IMG/VR virus record: IMGVR_UViG_3300037262_000028 | Span: 1-57,168 of that record | Origin: a virus | Lineage: Duplodnaviria; Caudoviricetes | Strand: one strand, 5' to 3' | Length of the DNA: 57,168 nt | Part shown: positions 38,074-46,444 of the stretch, piece by piece | How the letters are laid out: each line of letters starts with the position of its first letter | Position numbering within the stretch: the stretch's first letter is position 1 | Notes under the pieces: generated by a model | Database searches by the model: none | Told to the model about the DNA's origin: nothing | Seen by the model: only the letters and a program-made list of their open reading frames with translations | Program-made: the position numbers and the translations under genes

Positions 38074-39675
38074 TTAGATCGCCGCTACAGCATACTGACT
38101 GATCGTGATAGGTTTTCGTGCGGTCACCGAAAAAGCGATCATAACCGCGTCGGCTAAATTTGGCGACTTGGTATTGTCTGGTGCTTTGTTCACCACGATC
38201 TTACCGATATCGTTAGTGACATAAGTTGGCTGGCTCAGTTCGCCAACCAGTTTGCTATGATGTTTAATGGCTGAGCTGATCGAAATAATATCGTCCGGAT
38301 CGCATACGCGTCCTTCGACCACCCACCCGTACGTTTTCTCGAACCGGCGGCGCAACGCCCACCAGGCCTGCGCTTTACGGTCCCGGAAATAATCTTTATT
38401 CTTGCGTCCTTTAACGTCTTCGCCTTCAGGGTTAAAGACGGCTTCAGAACCGCGGAAGGCTTCGGCTTCAATGGGCCGCTGACCGTTGTCGGTGCGCCGC
38501 TGGGCAATGATACGCGCGTCGCCGCGCACGCCCGCGCCCAGTCCGTCACTATCGTACTTAAATAATTCGTATCCCATCGCGTCGCAGATATCGTGGGCTT
38601 TAAAAGCTGTCCTGAAAATATCGCTGCCTTTACCGGACCATTCATCGACGTATTCCAGAACAATGCCGTGACGTCCGCAGAACGCGTTCATATCTTTACC
38701 TTCGTCGGCCACGTCCAGTCCGCCGGATTTCATGCCTGACGGAGGTATTTGCAATCGCAGGTGCGCGTCAACCGACGCTTTAATCCAGCTGACAGGGATC
38801 AAAACGCCTTCCACTGAGGCTGCGAAGTCGCAATCTATTTCCTGCGCGACGGTGACCGGATCAAGTTCTTCGCACTGGCGGTTGTACCACGCGATATCTT
38901 TCCTGGGATCGTCCTGCCAGTGAAAGGTAAAAAGTTTAATTTTGCCGCCATTGCATTTATCTGCGAATGGATTGCCGTACCCGTTCGGTGTCGAAATATC
39001 GATACGGCAATTCGTTGTCTGTGACAGCGAAGCCTCCACCAGATGCGGCCTTTCAAGAAACGCCGATTCATCCACAAGGTAAATGGATGTCGTATTTCCG
39101 CGGCCAATATTGTCTCCTGCTTCGCCCGTAATTGTGGCGCCCGTTTCCGGGAAAATCAGCCGCATATGCGGCGCGTGCTTACCCGCTTCCCACCCCGCCC
39201 GAAACTCAACGGGCAGGTTGGCCATAAATGTGCGCCCTTTGTGAAAGAGCGATTTCGGGTCGCCCACCGAGTCCACGTAAATCTCTTTACGTGACCCGAC
39301 GCCGATGGCCATCCCTTCATTAAAAATACTGAGCGAACAACCGACGGCCATGGCCAGCCAGGAGAAACCCATCTGCCGCGTTTTCAGCGTCATCATCGGT
39401 TTCTGGTTATGCCAGCACCAGATAACATCGTTAATCCAGTCTTCCTGTTTCGGAAACAGGATGAACGGAATCAGGCTGGGCAGACCGCGCTCCACATTTT
39501 TTGGATCCACCGTCACGCCCCAGTCCATAATAAACTGCGGGATGTGTTCTTTGTAGTACGCTTTAATCCCAGGGAGCTCACCAGGGTTGTTACGGATGAA
39601 TGTTAATGCGTCAGCGCGCATCTGGAACACGGCGTTGTAATCCGGGTTCATGTAATCGAAATTAAGAGGGCGCAT
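38074..39675 (-). CDS. terL: Terminase large subunit
   Basis: Walker A KTRQMGFSW, GRG, Walker B YLVDESA, ISTPNG, nuclease GLDVADEG.D, SPNLADA. Confidence 0.95.
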   Translation of the reverse strand: MRPLNFDYMNPDYNAVFQMRADALTFIRNNPGELPGIKAYYKEHIPQFIMDWGVTVDPKNVERGLPSLIPFILFPKQEDWINDVIWCWHNQKPMMTLKTRQMGFSWLAMAVGCSLSIFNEGMAIGVGSRKEIYVDSVGDPKSLFHKGRTFMANLPVEFRAGWEAGKHAPHMRLIFPETGATITGEAGDNIGRGNTTSIYLVDESAFLERPHLVEASLSQTTNCRIDISTPNGYGNPFADKCNGGKIKLFTFHWQDDPRKDIAWYNRQCEELDPVTVAQEIDCDFAASVEGVLIPVSWIKASVDAHLRLQIPPSGMKSGGLDVADEGKDMNAFCGRHGIVLEYVDEWSGKGSDIFRTAFKAHDICDAMGYELFKYDSDGLGAGVRGDARIIAQRRTDNGQRPIEAEAFRGSEAVFNPEGEDVKGRKNKDYFRDRKAQAWWALRRRFEKTYGWVVEGRVCDPDDIISISSAIKHHSKLVGELSQPTYVTNDIGKIVVNKAPDNTKSPNLADAVMIAFSVTARKPITISQYAVAAI

Positions 39676-39681
39676 AAACGC

Positions 39682-39804
39682 TTATTTCTTAGGCTGTTTT
39701 GGCTTTAAAGCCAACAGCCCCCAGCCCAACTGTCGCCTGATCTGATCGGCTGTCAGCGGTGCAGTCTTTGGTTCGGGCCGGGGGTGCTTGGGTAGTTCAG
39801 ACAC
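39682..39804 (-). CDS. Small protein (40 aa) between the terminase subunits
   Basis: GTG start with an AAGGAAGG RBS; MSELPKHPRPEPKTAPLTADQIRRQLGWGLLALKPKQPKK; below the ORF-track cutoff. Confidence 0.55.
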   Translation of the reverse strand: MSELPKHPRPEPKTAPLTADQIRRQLGWGLLALKPKQPKK

Positions 39805-39827
39805 TGATCACCTTCCTTTCCAAACAA

Positions 39828-40523
39828 CTAACTGCCAGACAACATCCTCTGATAGGCTCTGCTGGCGTCGATCGCATTAATTCCTGCAAAGTCGACATTC
39901 GCCGTGATATCCTGCAGGGCTTTTGCAGACGCTTCCTTATTGCCGGCCAGTACCGCTAAAGCCGGTTCCAGCGCTTTATTCGCTGCTGTGGAGAGGGCCA
40001 TCACGTTGCGCGCCACTAAGTGGTTGTTCGCATCGGGGTCTTCCATGTTCAGTTTTTCGACTTCCTTATTCGCCGCCTGCGCCAGTACGTGCGCCGTTTT
40101 GGCACCGTAATTCGCCGCGCCGACAACTTCTGTCGTCATGGAACGCAACTGATCAATTAATTTTTTCGTGCTCTCCTGATGTTCTTTCGGGAGCTTTTCC
40201 AGTGTTGCCCGCGCCTTGTCGGCGGCAGCAGTGGCTTCCGGCGACGCGTCAGTCTCCGCCGAAAATAAATCTTTAGCGACGGTTGTGATCATTTTGATTT
40301 TCTGGGAAACGTTACGGCTGATCGTGGATTGGTTTACCTGATGCTTGTCGGCTAATTCCGTCGTGGTTGCGCCTTGCAAATACTCCAGCTCGATCGTCGT
40401 CCATTCTTCCGGCGTTTTCGCGCGCGGCATTCCGCGGCGTTCACCATGGTGCACTATTTTCTTCGGCCGTATCTTAGGCCGCAAATAATCGTGACTGTCG
40501 CTGGTATCGGGAACATAAGCCAT
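39828..40523 (-). CDS. terS: Terminase small subunit
   Basis: N-terminal HTH (TTELADKHQVNQSTISR), helical body, C-terminal ASRAYQRML; upstream of terL. Confidence 0.75.
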   Translation of the reverse strand: MAYVPDTSDSHDYLRPKIRPKKIVHHGERRGMPRAKTPEEWTTIELEYLQGATTTELADKHQVNQSTISRNVSQKIKMITTVAKDLFSAETDASPEATAAADKARATLEKLPKEHQESTKKLIDQLRSMTTEVVGAANYGAKTAHVLAQAANKEVEKLNMEDPDANNHLVARNVMALSTAANKALEPALAVLAGNKEASAKALQDITANVDFAGINAIDASRAYQRMLSGS

Positions 40524-40538
40524 AAACCACCCGCAAAT

Positions 40539-40704
40539 AAAAAACGGTCCTGTTTAGGAACCGCGAAGACCATGACGCACGCTAAGATCATGGCCGGAGA
40601 TTGTTGGATGCAGGGGTTGCTTTGGCAACCCCGCGCTCACCCACCGAAGCGAATGAGGGGGAGTACAAAGAAAAAAGCCGGCTCGCGTGCGGCACAGCTT
40701 TTTT
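40539..40704 (-). terminator. Two intrinsic terminators in the late leader
   Basis: Hairpin plus T-tract at about 40671-40704 and about 40539-40563 on the minus strand. Confidence 0.6.
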
Positions 40705-40809
40705 CAGAGCGAGTTAAGCAATCAAGTGAAGCGTCTAAGGTAAGACGGTGCCCCGCTTTCGCCCTGATTATGCATTTCGGATTGTGAAACCGGATCTGCA
40801 GTGATGTGG

Positions 40810-40838
40810 AATATACACCTTAGTTTTCTATCGCGCAA
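40810..40838 (-). promoter_or_regulatory. Late promoter (pR'-like)
   Basis: TTGCGC-N17-TATATT immediately downstream of the Q-like gene. Confidence 0.65.
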
Positions 40839-40846
40839 CTTATTTT

Positions 40847-41353
40847 TTACGCCGCCATTTTTCGTGCCAGTTTCTTCACCGCCATATTGCCGGCATACCG
40901 TTCCAGTTCCGCCAGCGTTTCAACCATATCCTTCACGTGGTTCAGAATGCGCGCCTCGGCGGCTACCGGTTTCGTGCCGGACCCGCTGCAGGGTTTGCAT
41001 GTCGCTTCATACGCGCCTGTCTGATTAAACTTAGGATGGAATCCTCGCCCCTGACAGGCCGGGCACACCGGATTTAACCAGTACGTCATCGCCGCATTCG
41101 CGACAATAACCGGGTTGATGTGTTCGGGCCAGTGCCGTAATTCCGCTTTGTTTTTTACAATCGCTATCCACTTGACGCTTAACGTTTTGTACGAGGTTGC
41201 ATCGTTGCAATATTTCACCCGGTACATGTCGGTAGCCAGTCTGACAGGGGAGAGGGCTAACGCAATTAACGCGTCGGTGGCGAAGTGCCGGTCGTCATCC
41301 CTCAGATTACTGCTGTTCACGGATCGTGCGTACTTTTCGGCTATTTCTGTCAT
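40847..41353 (-). CDS. Late-gene antiterminator Q-like zinc-finger protein
   Basis: CPACQGRG and CKPCSGSG Zn motifs, helical C-terminus; located before the late promoter and terminators. Confidence 0.7.
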   Translation of the reverse strand: MTEIAEKYARSVNSSNLRDDDRHFATDALIALALSPVRLATDMYRVKYCNDATSYKTLSVKWIAIVKNKAELRHWPEHINPVIVANAAMTYWLNPVCPACQGRGFHPKFNQTGAYEATCKPCSGSGTKPVAAEARILNHVKDMVETLAELERYAGNMAVKKLARKMAA

Positions 41354-41546
41354 GCTGGCTCTCCCGGGCGGCTTTGTTTTTGCATCGCGAACACGGCGCG
41401 AGTGTACCGCACACCGGTCTGTATGGCAACACTTTTTGCATAGAGACGAAAAATTTTGCTGCGCGGGAACGCGTTTTAGAAAATAAAACGGCTAGTTGCA
41501 TACGGTAAGGGGGTGGGCGTTGTGGTTTGACTATTTGACTATTTAA

Positions 41547-42155
41547 CTATTCCTGATCGTCAAACAGAGAGGGTGCGGGGATCAGCTGCCGGGTAAGATG
41601 CTTCCATGTTTTAAAGTTGCGGATATGCGATACCGCTGCCTGGCTGATGCCATACTCTTTCGCCAGTACTTTCTGTTTTTCGTTTCCGTAACGAATACGA
41701 ATCACAGCATCTTCGTCTAGTTTCGATGCTGGATGGTCTTCACCCTCAGTCTGCGTTCCGTGTCGTCGTTTATCCCGCATATTCTGCAGATGGTTGCCCA
41801 GGTACAGATTCGTTATCGCATTATCGAGATGATTTCCGTCCTTGTGCAATACGTGCGCGCCTTCAGGTATTTCGCCGTGAAAAGCCGCATAGACCAGCCG
41901 GTGAACCTGATAGCGTTTAATTCCCGGCGTTTCAGACAGCCACACCGGTTTAGACAATATCACGCCTAAACGCCCTTGCTTATTGGTCCCTGGTTTCAGT
42001 AGCGTTTTATGAATACGCAACCCCTCATCGATCGAAGACTGCAACAGCCGGGCCACACTGCGTACGCGCCCGTGACTGCTTGCCTGGTATAGTCCGACAT
42101 ACCCCGGGATATCGCGCCATTCTTCGTATTCATCTAAAGCGTTCCAATTTTCCAT
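41547..42155 (-). CDS. NUMOD4-HNH homing endonuclease
   Basis: EEWRDIPGY.GLYQASSHGRVRS (NUMOD4); VHRLV...VLHKDGN..DN..NL...N; C-terminal HTH. Confidence 0.9.
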   Translation of the reverse strand: MENWNALDEYEEWRDIPGYVGLYQASSHGRVRSVARLLQSSIDEGLRIHKTLLKPGTNKQGRLGVILSKPVWLSETPGIKRYQVHRLVYAAFHGEIPEGAHVLHKDGNHLDNAITNLYLGNHLQNMRDKRRHGTQTEGEDHPASKLDEDAVIRIRYGNEKQKVLAKEYGISQAAVSHIRNFKTWKHLTRQLIPAPSLFDDQE

Positions 42156-42185
42156 AATATACCTTCAAGTCTGTTTTACGTCCTT

Positions 42186-42214
42186 ATTATATTTATTTTT
42201 TAGTTAGGGTGCAA
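42186..42214 (-). promoter_or_regulatory. Sigma70-type promoter for the HNH-Q operon
   Basis: TTGCAC-N17-TATAAT. Confidence 0.75.
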
Positions 42215-42362
42215 GCGTTTTTACCGGGGGGTGTCTGCTTAGGCTGGGGGCTAAAAGCTTGTAGTTGTAAGGTTGACAACTATTTGTAAAAAAGTGCCGC
42301 GCGGCTAAATAGGTACCCCTGTGGTCAGTCGGCCAAAAGTGTCCGATGGGGGCCTGTTTGAC

Positions 42363-42440
42363 AACATTTCTCAGTAGTAATGTTAGCTAACAGATAACAT
42401 TACTACTGAGAAATGTTATCTGTTAGCTAACAATTGTTAG
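42363..42440. repeat. Interlocking perfect inverted repeats
   Basis: 23-bp IR 42363-42385/42395-42417; 21-bp IR 42381-42401/42412-42432; 14-bp palindrome 42427-42440. Confidence 0.9.
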
Positions 42441-42529
42441 TTAAAATATATCGAATTACGATTATAAGTGTATGTTAGTGTTATTTGTCGAAATAATGAT
42501 TATGCGAAATTGAAAATAATAGTGTTAAT

Positions 42530-42542
42530 AATCAATGACTTA
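42530..42542 (+). promoter_or_regulatory. IHF-binding consensus
   Basis: AATCAATGACTTA matches WATCAANNNNTTR, with an AT-rich 5' flank. Confidence 0.55.
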
Positions 42543-42748
42543 TATAGTAGATTGTTAGCTGTTAGCTAGTCAGTTGTCAGAATTGACGGTCAACTACTAG
42601 ATATAGTGTTGTCCGTTATCGATCGATGCTGGCGTTTTATGCGCCGTGTTAGCGCCTGGGGATTATGGTGTTGTCAGCTTGCATACACTTTTGACTGCCC
42701 CGCTTGCTAACTGCCGAAGCTGTTGTTCAACCGTTAGCCGTTAGCAGA

Positions 42749-42789
42749 CAGTCAATAGCCAACTACTAGATGTAGTTGGCTATTGACTG
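42749..42789. repeat. 18-bp perfect inverted repeat with a 5-nt loop
   Basis: CAGTCAATAGCCAACTAC-TAGAT-GTAGTTGGCTATTGACTG. Confidence 0.9.
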
Positions 42790-42970
42790 CCAGGACGCTG
42801 CCAGCCAGGACGCTGCAAGCCAGGACATTGCCAGCCAGGACATTGCCAGCCAGGACGCTGCCAGCTGCCAGCCAGGACGCTGCAAGCCAGGACATTGCAA
42901 GCCAGGGCATTGCCAGCTGCAAGCCAGGACATTGCCAGCCAGGACATTGCCAGCCAGGACGCTGCAAGCC
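42789..42970. repeat. 15-bp tandem array
   Basis: 11 units of GCCAGGRC(GC/AT)TGC(C/A)A plus two 7-bp half units; no spacers. Confidence 0.95.
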
Positions 42971-43004
42971 GGCGCTATTTTCATCGCATTTTGTGGGACT
43001 TGGA

Positions 43005-43411
43005 AATAGTCAAATAAAGCCGAAAAACAGAATAGTTAAATAGTCATAGTCATTTTCAAAAAACTTTTTTCCCGGCCCAGCATTTGTGTAGGATTATATG
43101 TATATGTATAATATTCCTTTATTATAAAAGGGTATATGACTATTTAACTATTTACTTAACTTTAGCAGGGGAAAACCGCAAAAATCACAAAACTATTATT
43201 CGACTATCAGTTGACTATTCCATGTCTTATTTTGACTATTTTCGTTTAGCCTAAAAAGTCAAAAATACCGCGCGCGTAAAAAATACACGAAAACAGCACA
43301 AAAACAGGCAAAAACGCGTTTCCAAAAACGTCGAAAAACGCACGAAAAAAACACGAAAAGCCACTAAAAACAGGTATTACAAAATAAATTGAAAACGACT
43401 ATTCGACTATT
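43005..43411. promoter_or_regulatory. Candidate replication origin: (G/A)ACTAT iterons around an AT-rich core
   Basis: TGACTATTTAACTATT inverted at 43031-43046 and direct at 43137-43152; further GACTAT copies to about 43411. Confidence 0.55.
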
Positions 43412-43504
43412 CCCGTTTTCAAGCCTGGCAGTGCGCGGTTAAAACCGGGATGCGCAAAACCACAAGATATTAGCAAATTAGAGTAAATACTCTATAAATA
43501 ATGC

Positions 43505-43533
43505 TTGCATAGCGTAAGGAAATTATTTACAGT
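43505..43533 (+). promoter_or_regulatory. Sigma70-type early promoter
   Basis: TTGCAT-N17-TACAGT upstream of the small-gene cluster. Confidence 0.65.
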
Positions 43534-43591
43534 GGAGTCACTGAGCAAACAAAGCTCAGCCAGATAAACGAAACGACATTGGAGAAAAATC

Positions 43592-43720
43592 ATGAATGCA
43601 ACTACTTACACAAGCTCACGCGCTGTTATAACTGATGATGCAAAACGTATTGCGCTGATCAAAGCACGCATTGCTGCCTTGCTGGCTGTCGAAAGCGCTA
43701 AGCTTGGCCTGTCAAACTAA
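43592..43720 (+). CDS. Small early protein (42 aa)
   Basis: GGAG RBS; first ORF after the promoter. Confidence 0.55.
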   Translation: MNATTYTSSRAVITDDAKRIALIKARIAALLAVESAKLGLSN

Positions 43721-43734
43721 ATCGGCGAAATAAA

Positions 43735-43908
43735 ATGAAAACGCAATTTATGCCAAACGTAGAAGACGCCCAATACGACACTTTTGCCGAAAACCTAGGG
43801 CAAGCTTACGACCTGATGCCATGGGCTGCCATAGTCGTTGCAGTCGAAGATGGATACCGTGGTTTTGAGAGTGTTGACGACCATAAAACACGGGGGAACC
43901 AAAAATGA
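43735..43908 (+). CDS. Small early protein (57 aa)
   Basis: PWAAIVVAVEDGYRGFESV..H....NQK pattern of small phage proteins. Confidence 0.6.
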   Translation: MKTQFMPNVEDAQYDTFAENLGQAYDLMPWAAIVVAVEDGYRGFESVDDHKTRGNQK

Positions 43909-43940
43909 AAAACAATTTATTAAACAATTCAGAGAAAATC

Positions 43941-44171
43941 ATGCAAACCGCAATCAACCCGTTTTCTATCCTGGCAGCCCGTCCACTAATACAGGACGCT
44001 TACGACACACTATCGCGCGTCTGGTCATTTGCCCACATTACCGGCCTGGCTGCAGCACTGCATCGCGATACAGGTCTAAATAAGCGGGTTATTGCGGCAT
44101 GCCTTGATGATGACCAGTTTTGTTTTCACCTTATCGACTATCGCCGGTTCAAAAACGGCTATCCAGACTAA
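43941..44171 (+). CDS. Hypothetical early protein
   Basis: In-frame ATG 43941 with an AGAG RBS. Confidence 0.55.
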   Translation: MQTAINPFSILAARPLIQDAYDTLSRVWSFAHITGLAAALHRDTGLNKRVIAACLDDDQFCFHLIDYRRFKNGYPD

Positions 44172-44194
44172 TTAACTAAAAGGAGCTATTTATC

Positions 44195-44590
44195 ATGGCA
44201 CGCATTACAAAAGCACAGATAAACGCCGAATTAAAAGCCAGCTGCAAAGCTGAATTACTGAAAATGTTGCAACCAGGTAGCGAAATTTATACCGTGTTGA
44301 AACACGTTTCAGTGTCCGGCATGAGTCGCGAAATTCAGCTGTTGGCCACTGAAAACGGCCATATCCGCAACATCAGTCATCTTGCCGCGCAGGTCATGGG
44401 CGACAAAATAGGCAACCACGACGGCATAAAAATACCGGGTTGCGGTATGGATATGGGTTTTGCCCTGGTCTATAACCTGGGCCGTTGCTTGTTCCCTGAT
44501 GGTTTTAAAATCGACGGGCGCGGGCGTAATGGCGACACAAGCGACCATGATAACGACGGCGGATACGCACTTAAACACCGTTGGATATAA
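44195..44590 (+). CDS. Conserved phage early protein
   Basis: AAGGAG RBS; YTVLKHVSVSGMSR, GCGMDMGF.LVYNL, GGYALKHRW motifs. Confidence 0.8.
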   Translation: MARITKAQINAELKASCKAELLKMLQPGSEIYTVLKHVSVSGMSREIQLLATENGHIRNISHLAAQVMGDKIGNHDGIKIPGCGMDMGFALVYNLGRCLFPDGFKIDGRGRNGDTSDHDNDGGYALKHRWI

Positions 44591-44603
44591 GGAGACTGAC
44601 ATC

Positions 44604-44735
44604 ATGAGAACCATAGAAACGACAGTATATAAATTCGGTGAGCTATCAGACGAAGCCAAACAAAAAGCGCTTAATGCCTAGCGCGATTTAGGCAATTTTG
44701 ACGACGAAGGCGCTATCCACGGGGAGCTAACATGA
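44604..44735 (+). pseudogene. Truncated early gene with an in-frame TAG
   Basis: AAGGAG RBS; MRTIETTVYKFGELSDEAKQKALNA*RDLGNFDDEG...; the second stop overlaps the next ATG. Confidence 0.6.
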
Positions 44736-44914
44736 ACCACGAGATAAAAGTAGCAACCAATATCGCGACCGGCCAGAAAACCTATTTTGTCGACGGTCGC
44801 AAAAAACCGCGCGAATACGTGCAATTTTTAGAACGCCTGGCAGAGCGCACCGAATGCATGTTTACGCGCGCAACGAAAACGCACCAGTACAACTACAAAA
44901 CTTTAAGGGGGTAA
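44732..44914 (+). CDS. Hypothetical early protein
   Basis: GGGAG RBS; ORF track. Confidence 0.6.
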   Translation: MNHEIKVATNIATGQKTYFVDGRKKPREYVQFLERLAERTECMFTRATKTHQYNYKTLRG

Positions 44915-44915
44915 C

Positions 44916-45305
44916 GTGAACACAATCAATATGGAAGCCGTACAGAGCGCGGTTGCTATTGCAGATACATTTTTTGCCGCACGCCTTACCAATTCACACG
45001 TGCACAACCCGGCGCAAGCCTGGAGTAACTTAACAGGTGAGGGCATCATAGAACTGTATGATGAAATAGCAAAATTCGGCGCCCTATCAGCTAAATTTAG
45101 CGCGCAGCAAAGCCAAAAATACGCCAGTGGTGTTTATGCGTATCGTGTAGATAACGACTTCGGCACCTATTTTTCTGCCAGGCTATTTGATAAAACGTAC
45201 GATTTTGAAAAGGCAAGCCGCTATTTGCAAAACCTTGTCATTGCGTTTTATCGCTGCCCAACGAAAACGCAAAGTATCGATAATATGACGAGGGCGCGGC
45301 CATGA
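44916..45305 (+). CDS. Hypothetical early protein
   Basis: AAGGGGG RBS, GTG start, coupled to the next gene. Confidence 0.6.
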   Translation: MNTINMEAVQSAVAIADTFFAARLTNSHVHNPAQAWSNLTGEGIIELYDEIAKFGALSAKFSAQQSQKYASGVYAYRVDNDFGTYFSARLFDKTYDFEKASRYLQNLVIAFYRCPTKTQSIDNMTRARP

Positions 45306-45463
45306 AAGCACTAATAAAACCGGTTTTATTGGCAGCGAAAGTCGTCACATTACCCGTGCTTGCTTTGCTAATAATCGCGCTATTCTTCGCGCTCATGATG
45401 ATCGAATTTTTCCTTGAATGCGTCGAAGACATCGCACAAGGAAACGAAACGAAAGGAAAATAA
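45302..45463 (+). CDS. Small membrane protein (53 aa)
   Basis: GAGG RBS; long hydrophobic stretch VVTLPVLALLIIALFFALMMIEFFL. Confidence 0.55.
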   Translation: MKALIKPVLLAAKVVTLPVLALLIIALFFALMMIEFFLECVEDIAQGNETKGK

Positions 45464-45756
45464 AATGGATCACGGTATAACTTTAGACTACCTGCGCACA
45501 ATGGCGGACAAGGCCGAAACAACCGAAGAGCTAAAAAACATCAATCGACGCTTCTTTTAAATACGGCTTGATTAGCCTAAAAGACTATAAGCGCCTTTTC
45601 AATAAATGGCTTGAAATTCAATGCAATAAAGAAGGGACCTTACCATGAAAAAAGGCGATTACATTATTCTGGTCGACGCTATTCGATGCTTTCGACTATG
45701 AGCAGTCTGACGAATATATCTATGATCTATCCACCCACCGAAGGAAAGGAATAACT

Positions 45757-46107
45757 ATGTGCCTGACAAATTTGGAAGCATTAAAATTGGGGCGTTTGAC
45801 AGCCGAAAGTATAGAAAAACTCGTGTATTTTGAACATGCTGCACTAACTGATTTACCCGCGATAATTGATAAGATAGCCGATTTAAGGACTAACGCTATT
45901 AGCCTAAAAATTGCTGAAATTAAAGAGTGCTTAGTTAAAATAAAATCAGACGGATTTGATGCGCAAGAGTTCATAATGAGCAAAACCACGTTAGGACAAG
46001 ATTTAAACGAATTAGTCGATGAAATAGAAGATATCGAAAACGAATTAAATTCGTCGCTACACGATATCGAAGACCGTATTTTTATGCTGACTTATGGAGA
46101 CGAATAA
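45757..46107 (+). CDS. Hypothetical acidic coiled-coil protein
   Basis: AAGGA RBS; heptad-like C-terminus. Confidence 0.65.
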   Translation: MCLTNLEALKLGRLTAESIEKLVYFEHAALTDLPAIIDKIADLRTNAISLKIAEIKECLVKIKSDGFDAQEFIMSKTTLGQDLNELVDEIEDIENELNSSLHDIEDRIFMLTYGDE

Positions 46108-46127
46108 AATGAACGGGCAGGTATATC

Positions 46128-46304
46128 ATGCGTAAAGGCGATTATATTATTCTGGTCGACGTGATTAAAAAACATATGGCATTAGCTGCGCTACGCCAGG
46201 ACAAAAACGCTATGCTGGAATTGCGCACCCTGGCCGTTGAACTGTCTGAAAAATTGCATGTTGACCGTGAAAAATTTTTGACAGCATGCGAATTAAAGTA
46301 CTAA
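46128..46304 (+). CDS. Hypothetical protein (58 aa)
   Basis: MRKGDYIILVDVIK...DREKFLTAC; AGGT RBS. Confidence 0.6.
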   Translation: MRKGDYIILVDVIKKHMALAALRQDKNAMLELRTLAVELSEKLHVDREKFLTACELKY

Positions 46305-46312
46305 AAAACCGC

Positions 46313-46341
46313 TTGCAATTCGTGACAGAAAGTTTTAATCT
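46313..46341 (+). promoter_or_regulatory. Sigma70-type promoter
   Basis: TTGCAA-N17-TAATCT; shares the GCTTGCA -35 context with the promoters at 42214 and 43505. Confidence 0.55.
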
Positions 46342-46387
46342 GTAATTCTTGATTCACCCGGATACCAGTACCGGAATACCAAAACTG

Positions 46388-46444
46388 AAAAGCCTAGGGG
46401 CCATAACGCTAATTCGCGTTATGGCCCCTAGGCTTTTTTGTTTT
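46388..46444 (+). terminator. Long hairpin terminator
   Basis: 22-bp perfect stem 46388-46409/46416-46437 followed by a T-rich tail. Confidence 0.75.

Noticed and set aside
40524-40846. tRNA genes in the late leader
   Set aside because: No cloverleaf with a T-loop GTTCRA and acceptor stem could be built by eye.
41307-41501. 64-aa ORF between HNH and the Q-like gene
   Set aside because: Overlaps the Q-like gene by 47 nt, with a weak RBS and no recognisable motif; not supportable.
42789-42970. CRISPR array or pentapeptide-repeat ORFs
   Set aside because: Units abut with no unique spacers. The ORFs in four frames lack RBSs and arise because the repeat has no stop codons.
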